Positions 1-11,405 are shown, numbered from the stretch's first letter. The stretch is DNA of 64,000 nucleotides from Candidatus Omnitrophota bacterium (GCA_028865345.1 JAGWKL010000003.1:184-64183); one strand, 5' to 3'. Notes: generated by a model from the sequence alone, not told the origin. Translations and numbers: made by a program.

Positions 1-702
1 GAAGCCGATCGCCGGCGTGCCAGCTATTTAAGAAAGAAATACCGCCTGACAGTCGCGGACATCAATACTACCGTCGAAGAGGCGGGGATCTTGATTTTGG
101 CGGTGAAACCCCAGGACATGCCGGCCGTGCTTGAAAGTGTCAGGGCCTGCAGATGGGGCAAGCCCATCATTTCCATTGCTGCCGGACTTACGACAAGATT
201 TTTTGAGAAGCATTTTCCAGGCCTCAAAATTCCCGTGATCCGCTGCATGCCCAATATGCCGGCGCTGATCGGTGAGGGGATCACGGCCGTTTGCGCCGGC
301 AAATACGCAACGCCGGCGGATTTGAAATCAGCGCAGTCTGTCCTTAGTAGTGTTGGGGAGACGGTGGTTGTCAAAGAATCTATGATAGATGCGGTGACCG
401 CTGTTTCGGGCAGCGGCCCTGCGTATGTCTTTTTGTTTGTGGAACAATGGATGACTGCGGCGAAAAAATTGGGGTTCAAAGAGACGGAATCCCGGCAATT
501 GGTCTATCAGACGCTCATCGGCAGCGCTCATTTATTGGAAAGAAGTGAATTCGATGCCGCGACGCTCAGAGCCAAGGTCACTTCCAAAGGTGGAACTACT
601 CAAGCAGCTATGGAGGTGTTTTTAAAAGGTGATAGTTTTGAGAAACTAATGAAGAACGCTTTGCTTGCAGCAAAGAAGCGGGCGGGAGAATTGGCAAAAT
701 AG
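1..702 (+). CDS. proC: Pyrroline-5-carboxylate reductase (5'-truncated by window edge)
   Basis: Frame open from base 1; motifs [34 protein letters not shown]. Confidence 0.95.
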   Translation, partial: EADRRRASYLRKKYRLTVADINTTVEEAGILILAVKPQDMPAVLESVRACRWGKPIISIAAGLTTRFFEKHFPGLKIPVIRCMPNMPALIGEGITAVCAGKYATPADLKSAQSVLSSVGETVVVKESMIDAVTAVSGSGPAYVFLFVEQWMTAAKKLGFKETESRQLVYQTLIGSAHLLERSEFDAATLRAKVTSKGGTTQAAMEVFLKGDSFEKLMKNALLAAKKRAGELAK

Positions 703-704
703 CG

Positions 705-852
705 GCGCCGGGCGGCTCCGGATTGATGTTGCCGAGCGGACGGCAAGCGTTCAAGTCATCTGGAAAGGGAAACCACCATCCTGGCCGCTGATAGTCTTCG
801 ACATTCGCCAAGAGGAGCACGGCAACATCAATCCGGAGACAGGCCCCGGCGC
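705..852 (+). repeat. Structured dispersed element, family 1, copy E0 (proC-mtnP intergenic)
   Basis: Perfect 19-bp stem 716-734/820-838 and outer stem 705-712/845-852; shares blocks CGGGYGG, GAGCGSACGG, GAAACCACC, GCCGCTGA and GGAGCAC with other copies (9295, 50326, 61907). Confidence 0.85.
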
Positions 853-868
853 AAGGAAGGGGAATAAC

Positions 869-1729
869 ATGGCCACAATCGGCATCATCGGCGGAAGCGG
901 ATTGTACCAGATCGAAGGGATCAGGAAGGTCAAAGAGGTCTCGGTCAAGACCCCTTTCGGAGCGCCATCGGATAAATTCATCACCGGTGAGCTGGAAGGC
1001 GTTCCCGTCGTATTCCTGCCGCGCCACGGCCGCGGCCACCGCATCAGCCCGTCGGAGATCAATTACCGCGCCAACATTTACGGGATGAAGAAGCTGGGCG
1101 TTGAGGCCATCATGTCGGTGTCCGCCTGCGGCAGCCTTAAAGCAAAATACAAGCCCATGGATTTCGTCATTCCCGACCAGTTTTTGGACCGCACCCGCAA
1201 AGGGCGCATCGACACCTTTTTTACCGATGGGATCGTGGCGCACGCGGCCTTCGCAGACCCTGTTTCCGGGGAGATCGCGGATATATTAGAGAAGGCCGCA
1301 CGCTCGCTCAGGCTGAGGGTCCATCGCGGCGGGACCTATGTGAACATGGAAGGCCCGCAATTCTCCACCAAGGCCGAGTCCAACCTTTACCGCAGCTGGG
1401 GCATGGACGTCATCGGCATGACCAATTTGACCGAGGCCAAGCTCGCCCGCGAGGCGGAGATTTCCTACGCGACGCTCGCCGCCGTGACCGATTATGACTG
1501 CTGGCACCCGTCGCATGATTCGGTCACGCTTGAGATGGTCATCGGTTACCTTAATAAGAACGTGGCCAATGCCAAGGCCATATTGAAAATCGCCATTGGA
1601 GAGGCAGGAAAACTAAAACGTTTCAGCGCCGCGGGGGCCATGAAATTTGCCGTCATGACAAACCCTGCCGTGATACCGGCCCGAAAGAAAAAAGAATTGG
1701 GGTTATTGATTGGAAAATACATCAAATAA
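869..1729 (+). CDS. mtnP: S-methyl-5'-thioadenosine phosphorylase
   Basis: ATG 869 after GGAAGGGG; motifs [47 protein letters not shown]. Confidence 0.95.
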   Translation: MATIGIIGGSGLYQIEGIRKVKEVSVKTPFGAPSDKFITGELEGVPVVFLPRHGRGHRISPSEINYRANIYGMKKLGVEAIMSVSACGSLKAKYKPMDFVIPDQFLDRTRKGRIDTFFTDGIVAHAAFADPVSGEIADILEKAARSLRLRVHRGGTYVNMEGPQFSTKAESNLYRSWGMDVIGMTNLTEAKLAREAEISYATLAAVTDYDCWHPSHDSVTLEMVIGYLNKNVANAKAILKIAIGEAGKLKRFSAAGAMKFAVMTNPAVIPARKKKELGLLIGKYIK

Positions 1730-4577
1730 AACAGATTACCAGAAGACCTTGAATCTGCCGCAGACGGATTTTGCCATGAAGGCGGGGCTCATCCAAAAGG
1801 AGCCGCAGATGCTCTCGCGCTGGCAAAAGGACAAGATCTACGATCAGATCCGCCGAAAGTCAAAAGGGCAAAAGCCTTTCATCCTGCACGACGGGCCTCC
1901 GTATGCCAACGGCCATATCCATATCGGCCATGCGCTCAACAAGGTCCTCAAGGACATGATCGTCAAGTACAAGACTATGAAAGGCTTTGATGCCTTGTAC
2001 GTTCCCGGCTGGGATTGCCATGGCCTGCCCATCGAGCACCAGTTGTTGAAAGACCTTAAAAGCTCCAAGTCCGATTTTGACACGCCCGTCTTTCGTAAAA
2101 AAGCGCATGACTATGCCTTGAAGTTCGTGGCCATCCAGCGCGATGAGTTCAAGCGCCTGGGGATTTTCGGCCAGTGGGATGATCCGTATCTTACCTTAAG
2201 CCCTCATTATGAATATTGGATTTTAAAATCTCTGGCGGAGTTGACCGGCAAGGGTTATGTCTACCGCAGTTTGAAGCCGGTGAACTGGTGTTTCAGTTGC
2301 GAAACGGCCCTGGCTGAAGCCGAAGTGGAGTACGAAGACCACACATCTCCGACGGTGTATGTGAAGTTTCAGGTCGAGAACCCGGAAAGTTTGGGTCTGC
2401 CCAAAGACAAAAAAGTCTCCCTGCTCATCTGGACGACGACGCCGTGGACATTGTTGGCGAATGCGGCGGTGGCGGTCCACCCTAAATTCACCTACGTTCT
2501 TGCGGAATTTGAGGATGAGATTTTGATCATTGAAGAGTCGAGGCACCATGAGCTTTTTATTAAGGGGCCTTATGGGGCCTTGGTTGTCCCCAAACTTCTT
2601 TCTCATGAAGGAACGGGGTTTCTCAATGAAAAGCAAGCCAATCAAATAAAACAGACGCTGGTCCCCAGGGTTTTTGGAAGAAAATCAGGGGAAGAATTAC
2701 AGAAAGTCACCTATGTCCATCCTTTTGCCAAGAAAGAACATTGCCCGGTTGTCACGGCCGATTATGTGACCAGGGAGGACGGCACGGGCCTGGTCCATAC
2801 GGCGCCGGGGCACGGCCAGGAAGACTTTCAGACGGGACTGCGTTACAATTTGCCTGTCCTGATGCCCGTTAATTCCAAAGGCGTGTTCACCGATGAAGGC
2901 GCGCCGTTTACGGGACAGCATGTTTTTAAAGCCAATGAACCTATCATTGCGGATTTAAAGAAAAGAGGGCTGTTATTTGCCAGCGAGCCTCTGCAACATT
3001 CTTATCCCCACTGCTGGCGCTGCAAGAACCCCGTTATTTTCCGCGCCACCGAGCAGTGGTTTTTAAACATCGATCATAAGGATTTGAGGGAACAACTCAA
3101 AAAAACCATTGAGACGCAGGTCGAGTGGGTCCCGCCGGCAGGGCGGGAGCGCATTTTAAGCATGGTGGCCGCCCGTCCGGATTGGTGCCTTTCCCGTCAG
3201 CGGCTGTGGGGCGTGCCCATCCCGGCCCTGGCCTGTGCCGGATGCGGGGGCAGGCAGAAACTTTTAGTCGAGGTCATCGAGCATGTGGCCGGGCTTGTCA
3301 AGACGCAGGGCAGCGGCGTCTGGTTTGAAAAAGATGTCAAGGAACTGGTGCCTGCCGGATTCAAATGCCCGGACTGCGGCGGTCATGATTTTCAAAAAAC
3401 CCAAGACATTCTGGACGTCTGGTTCGATTCCGGCGTAAGCCACCAGGCGGTGTTCCATGAAATGATCAAAACCCCGCTGCCGGCAGATCTTTACCTGGAA
3501 GGCTCCGACCAGCACCGCGGATGGTTTCAGTCTTCACTCATCCCGTCGGTGGCCATCGAGGCGCAGGCGCCCTACAGGCAGGTGTTGACCCACGGTTTTG
3601 TCGTCGACGGTGAAGGCCGCAAAATGTCCAAATCCCTGGGCAACGTGGTCAAGCCGCAGGAGATCGTGGACGCCTACGGCGCCGAGATCCTGCGTTTGTG
3701 GGTGGCGTCTTCATCCTATAACGAGGACGTGCGCATCTCCAAGGAGATCATCGAGCGCCTGGTGGACGCCTATCGCAAGATCCGCAACACCCTGCGCTAC
3801 TTATTAGGGAACCTGCACGGCTTTGATCCGGCCCAACATCCGCTCGAGTACGGGCGATTGTTGGAACTTGACCGCTGGGCCCTGAACCGTTTGGCCCGCA
3901 TGGTCGCGGCCATGGACCAGGCGTATGCGCGGTATGATTTTGTACAGGTCTTTAAAACGGTGTACGGTTTTTGTAATGAAGATTTGTCGAGCATTTATCT
4001 TGACATCCTCAAAGACCGACTGTATACTTTCCCCGCTCTTTCAAAGGAACGCAGGAGCGCGCAGACGGTTCTTTATCATACCTTGGACGCTTTGACCCGG
4101 ATTTTGGCGCCCGTGATGTCTTTTACGGCGGAGGAAGCCTTTGAGTTCTCCCCCAGGCGCCCGTCAGAAAGCCCGGACAGCGTCCATTGTTCGCATTGGC
4201 CTGACATTGATTCGCGCTGGCTTTCCGCCGACCTGGATTTAAGATATAAGGGTTTGTTTGAGAAACGCGATGAAGTGCTCAAAGCCCTGGACGAAAAAAG
4301 AAAATCCGGCGCCATCGGCAGCAGTTCGCAGGCCAAGGTCATGATCAGCGGGGACAAAAACACGTCAGCCTATTTGCGTTCTTTTGATGATTTGGCGTCC
4401 ATATTTATCGTATCTCAAGTTGAAATTAAAGAAGGACCGCAGGCCGTTGATATACTTCCGGCGGACGGCGTCAAATGCGCCCGCTGCTGGAAATGGCGTA
4501 CGGATGTGGGGCGCTCGGGCGCGCATCCGTGCTTGTGCGGCCGCTGTACAGAAATTGTTGAACAAAGATTTATATAG
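1710..4577 (+). CDS. ileS: Isoleucine--tRNA ligase (bacterial type 1)
   Basis: [15 protein letters not shown] (HIGH motif), [23 protein letters not shown]-terminal CARCW...LCGRC zinc finger; TTG start. Confidence 0.97.
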   Translation: MENTSNKTDYQKTLNLPQTDFAMKAGLIQKEPQMLSRWQKDKIYDQIRRKSKGQKPFILHDGPPYANGHIHIGHALNKVLKDMIVKYKTMKGFDALYVPGWDCHGLPIEHQLLKDLKSSKSDFDTPVFRKKAHDYALKFVAIQRDEFKRLGIFGQWDDPYLTLSPHYEYWILKSLAELTGKGYVYRSLKPVNWCFSCETALAEAEVEYEDHTSPTVYVKFQVENPESLGLPKDKKVSLLIWTTTPWTLLANAAVAVHPKFTYVLAEFEDEILIIEESRHHELFIKGPYGALVVPKLLSHEGTGFLNEKQANQIKQTLVPRVFGRKSGEELQKVTYVHPFAKKEHCPVVTADYVTREDGTGLVHTAPGHGQEDFQTGLRYNLPVLMPVNSKGVFTDEGAPFTGQHVFKANEPIIADLKKRGLLFASEPLQHSYPHCWRCKNPVIFRATEQWFLNIDHKDLREQLKKTIETQVEWVPPAGRERILSMVAARPDWCLSRQRLWGVPIPALACAGCGGRQKLLVEVIEHVAGLVKTQGSGVWFEKDVKELVPAGFKCPDCGGHDFQKTQDILDVWFDSGVSHQAVFHEMIKTPLPADLYLEGSDQHRGWFQSSLIPSVAIEAQAPYRQVLTHGFVVDGEGRKMSKSLGNVVKPQEIVDAYGAEILRLWVASSSYNEDVRISKEIIERLVDAYRKIRNTLRYLLGNLHGFDPAQHPLEYGRLLELDRWALNRLARMVAAMDQAYARYDFVQVFKTVYGFCNEDLSSIYLDILKDRLYTFPALSKERRSAQTVLYHTLDALTRILAPVMSFTAEEAFEFSPRRPSESPDSVHCSHWPDIDSRWLSADLDLRYKGLFEKRDEVLKALDEKRKSGAIGSSSQAKVMISGDKNTSAYLRSFDDLASIFIVSQVEIKEGPQAVDILPADGVKCARCWKWRTDVGRSGAHPCLCGRCTEIVEQRFI

Positions 4578-4609
4578 TATACTTAGGTTTTAGCAGGAGG
4601 ACAGGCAGG

Positions 4610-4999
4610 ATGGTCTTAAAAAAGAAAAGAACAAACCCGAAATTCGAGCCGTATAAAAAACTGCTTTTGAGGATCAAGGAACAGATCGCCGGGGACATCC
4701 GCGGCCTGTCCGATGAGAACAACGGCAGCGGCAATGACCGTGGCGGTGATGTTTCGGGCCACGCCCTGCATATGGCGGATGTGGCCACCGACATGTATGA
4801 CCGTGAGTTCACCTTGGGTTTGGCCGCCAATGACCGTGAGCTTTTGTACCATGTCAATGAGGCCCTGCAGCGCATCGAAGACGGCAATTACGGCCTGTGC
4901 CAGACTTGCAAAAAATCGATTCCGGCAACGCGCCTTAAAGCGATTCCGCATGCGCAAACCTGTCTGAAATGCCAGGAATTGAAGGAATCAAGGCGTTGA
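4610..4999 (+). CDS. TraR/DksA family C4 zinc-finger protein
   Basis: Coiled coil with HMADVATD tip; YGLCQTC...IPATRLKAIP...CLKC; SD AGGAGG. Confidence 0.9.
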   Translation: MVLKKKRTNPKFEPYKKLLLRIKEQIAGDIRGLSDENNGSGNDRGGDVSGHALHMADVATDMYDREFTLGLAANDRELLYHVNEALQRIEDGNYGLCQTCKKSIPATRLKAIPHAQTCLKCQELKESRR

Positions 5000-5009
5000 T
5001 CGTAGCCCC

Positions 5010-5486
5010 ATGCACAGTGTTCGACGTTCCCAGTGGGACATCATTATTTTCTTGTCAGGTGTTGGCGTTGTTGTCCTTTTGGACCGCCTGACGAAGCACA
5101 TTCTCTCCGGCTTTTTGGGTTTGAATGAATCCATCACGGTGATCCCCCATATCTTGCGTTTCACCCTGGTCCACAATACCGGGATCGCCTTTGGTTTTTT
5201 CAGGGATTGCGGGGCCGTGTTTATCATCATTCCCGTCATCCTCACCGGGCTTTTGATTTATAACATCTGTTATTACCGCCATAGCCCGCATTTGTCCCGC
5301 ACCTATGTGGTGGCTTTTTCCCTGATTCTGGGAGGGGCCATCGGCAATTTGATAGACCGCATTTTATTGGGGTATGTGATCGATTTTATCGATTTCCGTA
5401 TCTGGCCGGTCTTTAATGTGGCGGACAGCGCCATCACTATCGGTGCCGCGATCATTCTGTTAAAATGTATTCCGGCCTCTAAATAA
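5010..5486 (+). CDS. lspA: Lipoprotein signal peptidase II
   Basis: NTGIAFG, GGAIGNLIDR, VIDFID, FNVADSAI. Confidence 0.95.
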   Translation: MHSVRRSQWDIIIFLSGVGVVVLLDRLTKHILSGFLGLNESITVIPHILRFTLVHNTGIAFGFFRDCGAVFIIIPVILTGLLIYNICYYRHSPHLSRTYVVAFSLILGGAIGNLIDRILLGYVIDFIDFRIWPVFNVADSAITIGAAIILLKCIPASK

Positions 5487-5502
5487 TCAAAAAAGGATAT
5501 TT

Positions 5503-6258
5503 ATGCATCCTGTTCTTTTTAAAATCGGCCCCATCACCATTTACAGCTACGGCGTCATGCTGGCCACCGCTGTTTTGGTGTGCACCTATTTGTTGAGCCT
5601 TGACGCCAAACGTTCCAACATTTCTCAGGATACCGCCTATGACCTGGTGTTCTGGTGCCTGGTGGGAGGTTTTATCGGCGCCAGGATTTTTTATATTTTT
5701 CTCGAATGGCCGTATTACAGCGCCAATCCCCTGGCCATCCCCATGATCTGGGAAGGCGGGCTGGCCTGGCAGGGCGGTTTTATCGGAGGGATACTCTTCG
5801 GCGTATGGTTTGTCCGCCGCCACAAACTGTTTATAAGGCCGACCTTGGATTTGGTGGCGCCCTACATTGCCCTGGGCCAGTCCATCGGCCGCATCGGCTG
5901 TTTTCTAAAAGGATGCTGCTACGGCAAACCGGTCTCATGGGGCCCTTATTATCCGGTACACCATGCCAGGCTTTATCCCACCCAGTTGTTCGAATGCGCC
6001 ATGCTTTTTGTCATTTTTCTGGTCCTTAAAAAGGCCCAAAGCAAGCCCCACATGGCCGGGTTTATTTTTGTGCTTTATCTGTGGCTGGCCGCCGTCGAGC
6101 GTTTTGTCGTCGAGTTTTTCAGGGGGGACACCGTCCCCACCGGGACGCCTTTAAGCCTGGCGCAATATGTGGCCATAGGCGTTTTTATCTCAGGTTTAGT
6201 GTTACTGAAGGTCTTTAAGAAAAATGAAGCAAACGCTTACCGTCGCCCAGGAGCATGA
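5503..6258 (+). CDS. lgt: Prolipoprotein diacylglyceryl transferase
   Basis: MHPVLF..GP, YSYG, GARIFY, WEGGL, GRIGCFLxGCCYG, YPTQLFE, RFVVEFFR. Confidence 0.93.
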   Translation: MHPVLFKIGPITIYSYGVMLATAVLVCTYLLSLDAKRSNISQDTAYDLVFWCLVGGFIGARIFYIFLEWPYYSANPLAIPMIWEGGLAWQGGFIGGILFGVWFVRRHKLFIRPTLDLVAPYIALGQSIGRIGCFLKGCCYGKPVSWGPYYPVHHARLYPTQLFECAMLFVIFLVLKKAQSKPHMAGFIFVLYLWLAAVERFVVEFFRGDTVPTGTPLSLAQYVAIGVFISGLVLLKVFKKNEANAYRRPGA

Positions 6259-7120
6259 AGACCTGCGTTTGGATGTCTATCTGGCCCAAAACCTGACGGA
6301 CGTGCCTTCGCGCATGTTTATTAAAAAATTGGCCGAAAAAGGCCTCGTGAAGGTCAACGGCCGCCTGGAAAGAATTAAGTACAAGGTCGCGGCCGGAGAC
6401 ACCGTTGAAGTGGATATGGGGCAGGCCGCCGCCCCCCAGGACATCCCGGCCGAAAAAATGGACCTGGATGTTTTTTATGAGGATGATGACCTGGCCGTCA
6501 TTAACAAGCCGCCGGGTCTGAGCGTGCATCCGGCCGGCAGCGCTCAAAGCGGCACCCTGGTCAACGGCCTGATCTGGCGTTATCGGGAATTGTCCGACGT
6601 CAATGGTGCCGACAGGCCGGGCATCGTCCATCGCCTGGACCGCGACACATCGGGTTTGATCCTGATTGCCAAAACCAATATGGCCCATGCGCGCCTGGGC
6701 CGGCAGTTTGAAAAGCATACGATCATCAAACGTTATGTCGCCCGTGTGGAAGGACAGGTAGCGTTCGACCAGGGGGTGATCGATGTCCCTTTGCAGAAGC
6801 ATAAGAAATATCATGATCACCGCCAGGTGGCACCCGAAGGTGAGGGCAAGGAAGCCGTCACCCTGTACCAGGTGCTAAAACGTTTTAGAAGTTCGACCCT
6901 GCTGGCCCTTTACCCTCAAACCGGACGCACGCACCAGTTGCGCGTTCATATGAAACATCTGGGCCACCCGATCCTGGGGGATGAAAAATACGGCCGCCGC
7001 GGCAGTTTTGGGCGCCTCGCCCTTCATGCCCAGGCGATCGCCTTCGCGCATCCGGGCACAAAAGCCTACCTTGAGTTTTCCTGCCCGACCCCGCCGGAAT
7101 TCCTGAAGGATGATTTATAA
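6224..7120 (+). CDS. RluA/RluD family pseudouridine synthase with S4 domain
   Basis: RLDVYLA (S4 domain), INKPPGL, RPGIVHRLDRDTSG, TGRTHQLRVH, HPILGD. Confidence 0.93.
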   Translation: MKQTLTVAQEHEDLRLDVYLAQNLTDVPSRMFIKKLAEKGLVKVNGRLERIKYKVAAGDTVEVDMGQAAAPQDIPAEKMDLDVFYEDDDLAVINKPPGLSVHPAGSAQSGTLVNGLIWRYRELSDVNGADRPGIVHRLDRDTSGLILIAKTNMAHARLGRQFEKHTIIKRYVARVEGQVAFDQGVIDVPLQKHKKYHDHRQVAPEGEGKEAVTLYQVLKRFRSSTLLALYPQTGRTHQLRVHMKHLGHPILGDEKYGRRGSFGRLALHAQAIAFAHPGTKAYLEFSCPTPPEFLKDDL

Positions 7121-7197
7121 TTTTAGCCTTTACTGCGGTTTTCGTTCTTCTTATAATGTATTACTAACATTTAAAGACGCTGCACATAAGGGGTTTT

Positions 7198-8037
7198 ATG
7201 TCCATTAGAGGCGGAAGAACACTTACCATTTTTGTCATCCTGATCATTGTCTTGTTGGTGTCATCAACCAGCATCGGTTTTTATTTGTATCACTTGGAAA
7301 AACGTATGCTCAAGAATATCGAGAGGCAGCTCGATTCAGCCAACGCCGAGGGGGTGAAATTGCAGGCCCAGATGAAGGACCTGCAGGGCCAGTTGGCCTT
7401 GTCTCAAGACAAAAACAAGGAGGCTGACCAGAAGATCAACAACCTGCTTGATGAAGAAGATTTGAACGAGGGCCTGCGCGCGGCTTTGAAAAAAGAGAAC
7501 GCCGGTCTTAAAAGCCAGCTGGAAAATTTGACCCAGGCCGGCCAAAACATGAAGGCCGATCTGGATACCGCCAACGTTAAATTGTCCCAGTTCCAGGATT
7601 TATTAAAGACTTCGCAGGATAAAGCCGCGGTGTTGGAGGCCCGTCTGTCCAAACTGACGGAAACCAACCGCCAGATGCAAGACAAGCTCAATGCGTTAAA
7701 CAGCGGTTCTCCGGGGCAGGAGGCCTCAACGGCGCAGCCGGCACCTTCCGGCGGCAAAGGCGCCATGGAACTGGGCAAGATCGTCGTCGGGCCTCCCAGC
7801 GGCGCCACCCAGGGCAAGATTTTGAGCGTCGATACGGATGCCGATTTCGTGATTTTTAATTTAGGGTTAAAAGAAGGTGTCAAGCCCGATGCGGTCCTCT
7901 CGGTATACCGTGGGACCAGGTATTTGGGGGACATCAAAGCCGCCCGCGTGCAGGATGAAATGGCCGCCGCCGACATTGTCCCGCCCCTTACCGGCAAAGA
8001 TATACAGAAAAATGACACCGTGGTTTTAAAGCCGTGA
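7198..8037 (+). CDS. Membrane-anchored coiled-coil protein with C-terminal beta domain
   Basis: N-terminal TM helix, ~130-aa heptad-rich region, C-terminal GKILSVD..FVIFNLG..GVK pattern; function unknown. Confidence 0.75.
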   Translation: MSIRGGRTLTIFVILIIVLLVSSTSIGFYLYHLEKRMLKNIERQLDSANAEGVKLQAQMKDLQGQLALSQDKNKEADQKINNLLDEEDLNEGLRAALKKENAGLKSQLENLTQAGQNMKADLDTANVKLSQFQDLLKTSQDKAAVLEARLSKLTETNRQMQDKLNALNSGSPGQEASTAQPAPSGGKGAMELGKIVVGPPSGATQGKILSVDTDADFVIFNLGLKEGVKPDAVLSVYRGTRYLGDIKAARVQDEMAAADIVPPLTGKDIQKNDTVVLKP

Positions 8038-9263
8038 CATTCCATTGTCCGCCTGCCCATGGCCTGCAAGGCCGCATCCGTATTCCCGCATCCAAGTCCT
8101 ATACGTTGCGCAGTTTGCTCATCGCGGCCCGCGGCGGGGTCTCTCATATCAAGGATGCTTCGGATTGCGACGATGCCCTTGTGGCTTTAAGGACGGCAAA
8201 GGCTCTTAGAAGCTCTTCCAAAGCCAAAACAGCCTTATTTTCCGTCGGAGAATCAGGGACGACGTTGAGATTCCTGCTTCCTTTGCTGGCCTTATATACC
8301 GCTCGGGCCGTGGTCAGGGGCAAAGGCACCCTGGTGGGGCGGCCCAACGCGCATTTGTGCCGGGCGTTGCGGCGGCAGGGGATGGACATCCGGGGGACGG
8401 GACCCCGGGAATCTGTGCCCATTGTTTATAACGGCGGCGCTTTGCAAGGAGGCCGCGTCGAGATCGACGGCAGTTTGAGTTCCCAATTTATTTCCGGCCT
8501 TTTGATTGCCTTGCCGGGCGTTGCCCATGATTCACGGGTCATTTTGACGGGGAGCCGGCTGGTGTCCCAGGATTATGTCCGGATGACCATGCAGATTTTG
8601 GCCAGGGCGGGGATTGTCATCAAGCGTGTCTCGGCGAGGGAATATCAAGTCAAGGGCGGGCAGGTCTTTAAAGGTCTAAAAAGTTTTTGCGTTCCGTCCG
8701 ATTACGGCCTGGCGGCTTTTGCGCTGGCCGCGGCCGCGCTTTTGCCTTCCCTGGTCGTCTTGGAAGGGAATTGGGATGACGGCCTGGTGCAGTCCGACGG
8801 GCACATTTTGGAATTCATGCGGAGGATGGGCGTTGATTTCCAAAAGACCAGGCGGGCCATTAAAATCAAAGGGCCGTTTGATCTAAAGGGAGGTACGTTC
8901 TCACTCAAAAATTGCCCGGACCTGGTGCCCGTCATGAGCGTTTTGGCGCTTTTTGCCAGGGGAAAGACACGGCTGGTCGGCATACGTCACGCGCGCGCCA
9001 AGGAATCCGACCGTATCAGTGATTTGAGGAACGAACTTTTAAAGGTGGGGGCCCGCGTGGCTGAAACCGGAGACACTCTTACCATTGAGCCTCAGGCGGA
9101 TTATAAAAGCGGGCAACTGCTCGACTCCCATCACGACCACCGTTTAGCCATGGCCTTTACGGTCCTGGGCGCCAAGATCGGCTGCCGCGTGGCCGGCATC
9201 GAATCCTGCCGCAAATCCTACCCGAATTTTATCAACGACATGAAGTCCCTCGGTGCGTTGTAA
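8034..9263 (+). CDS. aroA: 3-phosphoshikimate 1-carboxyvinyltransferase (EPSP synthase)
   Basis: PASKS, GESGTTLRF, SSQFISGLL, KESDRI, DHRLAM, KSYPNF. Confidence 0.94.
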   Translation: MTFHCPPAHGLQGRIRIPASKSYTLRSLLIAARGGVSHIKDASDCDDALVALRTAKALRSSSKAKTALFSVGESGTTLRFLLPLLALYTARAVVRGKGTLVGRPNAHLCRALRRQGMDIRGTGPRESVPIVYNGGALQGGRVEIDGSLSSQFISGLLIALPGVAHDSRVILTGSRLVSQDYVRMTMQILARAGIVIKRVSAREYQVKGGQVFKGLKSFCVPSDYGLAAFALAAAALLPSLVVLEGNWDDGLVQSDGHILEFMRRMGVDFQKTRRAIKIKGPFDLKGGTFSLKNCPDLVPVMSVLALFARGKTRLVGIRHARAKESDRISDLRNELLKVGARVAETGDTLTIEPQADYKSGQLLDSHHDHRLAMAFTVLGAKIGCRVAGIESCRKSYPNFINDMKSLGAL

Positions 9264-9294
9264 TCAACCGCGTGGATTGCGGCCATAATACATT

Positions 9295-9438
9295 GCGTCG
9301 GGTGGCGAGGAGCGGCATTCAGGAGCGCACGGCAAGGGCGGCCTGACCTATTTAGTGAAACCACCTTCCAAAGCCGCTGAGCTATGCGATTCTGATCGCA
9401 GGAGCACCTGAATGCCGCAACGAGCCGGGACCCGCCGC
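9295..9438 (+). repeat. Structured dispersed element, family 1, copy E1 (aroA-mreB intergenic)
   Basis: Perfect 12-bp stem GCGGCATTCAGG 9312-9323 / CCTGAATGCCGC 9407-9418; same conserved blocks as E0. Confidence 0.85.
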
Positions 9439-9502
9439 GAAGTCGAGAAACTTGTCCCTTATATATGCGTAAATGGTACAATCGCTTGGGCTTATAATTC
9501 GT

Positions 9503-9531
9503 TTGACAGCTCCGGAGCTTTTAGCTAATAT
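9503..9531 (+). promoter_or_regulatory. Sigma70-type promoter of mreB
   Basis: TTGACA-17 bp-TAATAT, ending 8 nt before ATG 9540. Confidence 0.65.
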
Positions 9532-9539
9532 GGTTCCTC

Positions 9540-10613
9540 ATGATTAATCAAATAAGGAAGTTTTTTAAGCTGATTTATGACCAGGCCCTGGGCCTGTTCT
9601 CAAAGGACATCGGTATCGATCTGGGCACCGCCACGACCTTGGTCTACGTCAAAGGCGAAGGGGTGGTGCTCTGCGAACCGTCGGTGGTCGCCATCGAAAA
9701 AGACACCAACCATGTTCTGGCCGTCGGTGAAGAGGCCAAGCGCATGCTGGGCCGCACGCCGGGCAGCATCGTGGCCATCCGTCCTATGAAAGACGGGGTC
9801 ATTTCGGATTTCGAAGTCACCGAGGCCATGCTCAAATATTTCATTAAAAAGGTGCAGCCCAACCGTTTTTCGTTCCGTCCCACCATTGTCATTGCCATTC
9901 CCTCGGGCATCACCCAGGTTGAAAAGCGGGCGGTGATCGATTCCGCCGAGCATGCCGGGGCCCGTAACGTGATCCTGATCGAAGAGCCCAAGGCCGCGGC
10001 CATCGGCGTCGGCCTTCCGGTGCATGAGCCCGCGGGCAACATGATCATTGACATCGGCGGCGGCACCACGGAATTCGCGGTCATTTCATTGGGGGGACTG
10101 GTGTACGCCAAATCCATCCGCATCGCCGGCGATGAAATGGACATGGCGATCATCGAATATTTGCGTAAAACTTATAATTTGATGATCGGTGAGCGCACCG
10201 CCGAAGAAATCAAGATCCGCCTCGGCTCCGCCTATCCGTTGGACGAGGAATTGAATATGGATGTGCGCGGCCGCGACCTGATTGCGGGCCTTCCCAAGAC
10301 CATCAACGTGACCTCCGTGGAGATCCGCGAGGCCCTGCAGGACCCTGTGCAGGCCATTGTGGACGCTTCCAAATCAACACTTGAGCATACGCCCCCGGAA
10401 CTGGCCTCGGACTTGATCGATCGCGGCATTGTCATGGCCGGCGGCGGTTCCCTGCTGCGGGGTCTGGACAAGCGCATTGCCGAAGAAACCGGATTGCCTG
10501 TGCATGTGGCCGATGACCCTTTGACCGCGGTGGTCAACGGAACAGGGGCGACCCTGAACATGTCTCCGCTGGTGCGCCGGCGTTTTACAGCCCAGGCCAA
10601 ATTAGATTTTTAA
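9540..10613 (+). CDS. mreB: Rod shape-determining actin-like protein MreB
   Basis: [45 protein letters not shown]. Confidence 0.97.
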   Translation: MINQIRKFFKLIYDQALGLFSKDIGIDLGTATTLVYVKGEGVVLCEPSVVAIEKDTNHVLAVGEEAKRMLGRTPGSIVAIRPMKDGVISDFEVTEAMLKYFIKKVQPNRFSFRPTIVIAIPSGITQVEKRAVIDSAEHAGARNVILIEEPKAAAIGVGLPVHEPAGNMIIDIGGGTTEFAVISLGGLVYAKSIRIAGDEMDMAIIEYLRKTYNLMIGERTAEEIKIRLGSAYPLDEELNMDVRGRDLIAGLPKTINVTSVEIREALQDPVQAIVDASKSTLEHTPPELASDLIDRGIVMAGGGSLLRGLDKRIAEETGLPVHVADDPLTAVVNGTGATLNMSPLVRRRFTAQAKLDF

Positions 10614-10620
10614 GTGAATC

Positions 10621-11400
10621 GTGTGGCGCAAAACTTTCAAAAAAGCCGCTTATATCGGCATCGTTGCCGTCCCCTTCCTGATCCTTTTTTTTCACCCGAA
10701 GAATTATAGGGCCGCCGGATTGTTAGACGCTGTTGCCGGGCCTGTGGATGCATGGCAGGGTCCTGTCTTCGAGTTGAAAAAATTGTTTTATTACAGGGAG
10801 ACGTATGATGAGTATGTGTATTTCAAAAGACAAAATGAAGTACTGAAAGCCAGGCTTACCGCGCTGCGGGAGGATGAAGAGGCCCGAAAACGTTATGATA
10901 AAATCCGGGATTTCCGCAATAGTCAAAGTTACGGGTCTATCGTGGCCGATGTCATCGGCCGGGACCCTTCTGATTGGAATGCGTCATTGATCATTGACCG
11001 CGGCCGCGCCGAGGGCCTCAAAGTGGGCCAGCCGGTGGTTAATCCGCTGGGGGTGGTGGGCAGGGTTTTTGAGACGGGCGAGCACACGGCCAAGGTGGTC
11101 TTGCTTTCCGATCCCACCTTTGCCGTTGCCGCGGTGGACCAGCGTTCAAGGGAAAACGGGCTTTTGACCGGCACGCTGGAAGGGAATTTACGCTTTGAAT
11201 ATTTGACGGACAAGGCGGACGTGAAGGTTGGGGATGTGCTGGTGACCTCCGGCTTAAGCACCGCCTTTCCGGAAGGGATATTGATCGGGCGTATTACCAA
11301 TGTGAGCGCCTCGGCCAACGTCCATAGCGTGGATTGCCTGGTAACGCCGGCGGTGGACCTTTCCCAGCTGGAAGAAGTAATTATTATTAAAAAGACATGA
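10621..11400 (+). CDS. mreC: Rod shape-determining protein MreC
   Basis: TM helix plus coiled coil, VIGRDP, IDRG..GLKVGQPV, GVVGRV, VTSGL..FPEGI; follows mreB. Confidence 0.92.
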   Translation: MWRKTFKKAAYIGIVAVPFLILFFHPKNYRAAGLLDAVAGPVDAWQGPVFELKKLFYYRETYDEYVYFKRQNEVLKARLTALREDEEARKRYDKIRDFRNSQSYGSIVADVIGRDPSDWNASLIIDRGRAEGLKVGQPVVNPLGVVGRVFETGEHTAKVVLLSDPTFAVAAVDQRSRENGLLTGTLEGNLRFEYLTDKADVKVGDVLVTSGLSTAFPEGILIGRITNVSASANVHSVDCLVTPAVDLSQLEEVIIIKKT

Positions 11401-11405
11401 ACGCC

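Noticed and set aside
665-868. 68-aa N-terminal extension of mtnP in the ORF track
   Set aside because: It is read-through of element E0; homology and an SD support ATG 869.
8180-8250. aroA looks ~15-20 aa short before GESGTT (possible pseudogene)
   Set aside because: The frame is intact and all catalytic motifs are present.
9295-9438. 6S RNA or SRP RNA call for the aroA-mreB hairpin
   Set aside because: Related copies occur several times, including inside a CDS, and I see no SRP or 6S signature.
9445-9462. AAGGGACAAG 10-mer shared by the mreB (minus) and mreD (plus, ~41784) upstream regions
   Set aside because: Too short, in opposite orientations, and similar GGGACAG words occur elsewhere (28181, 39560).
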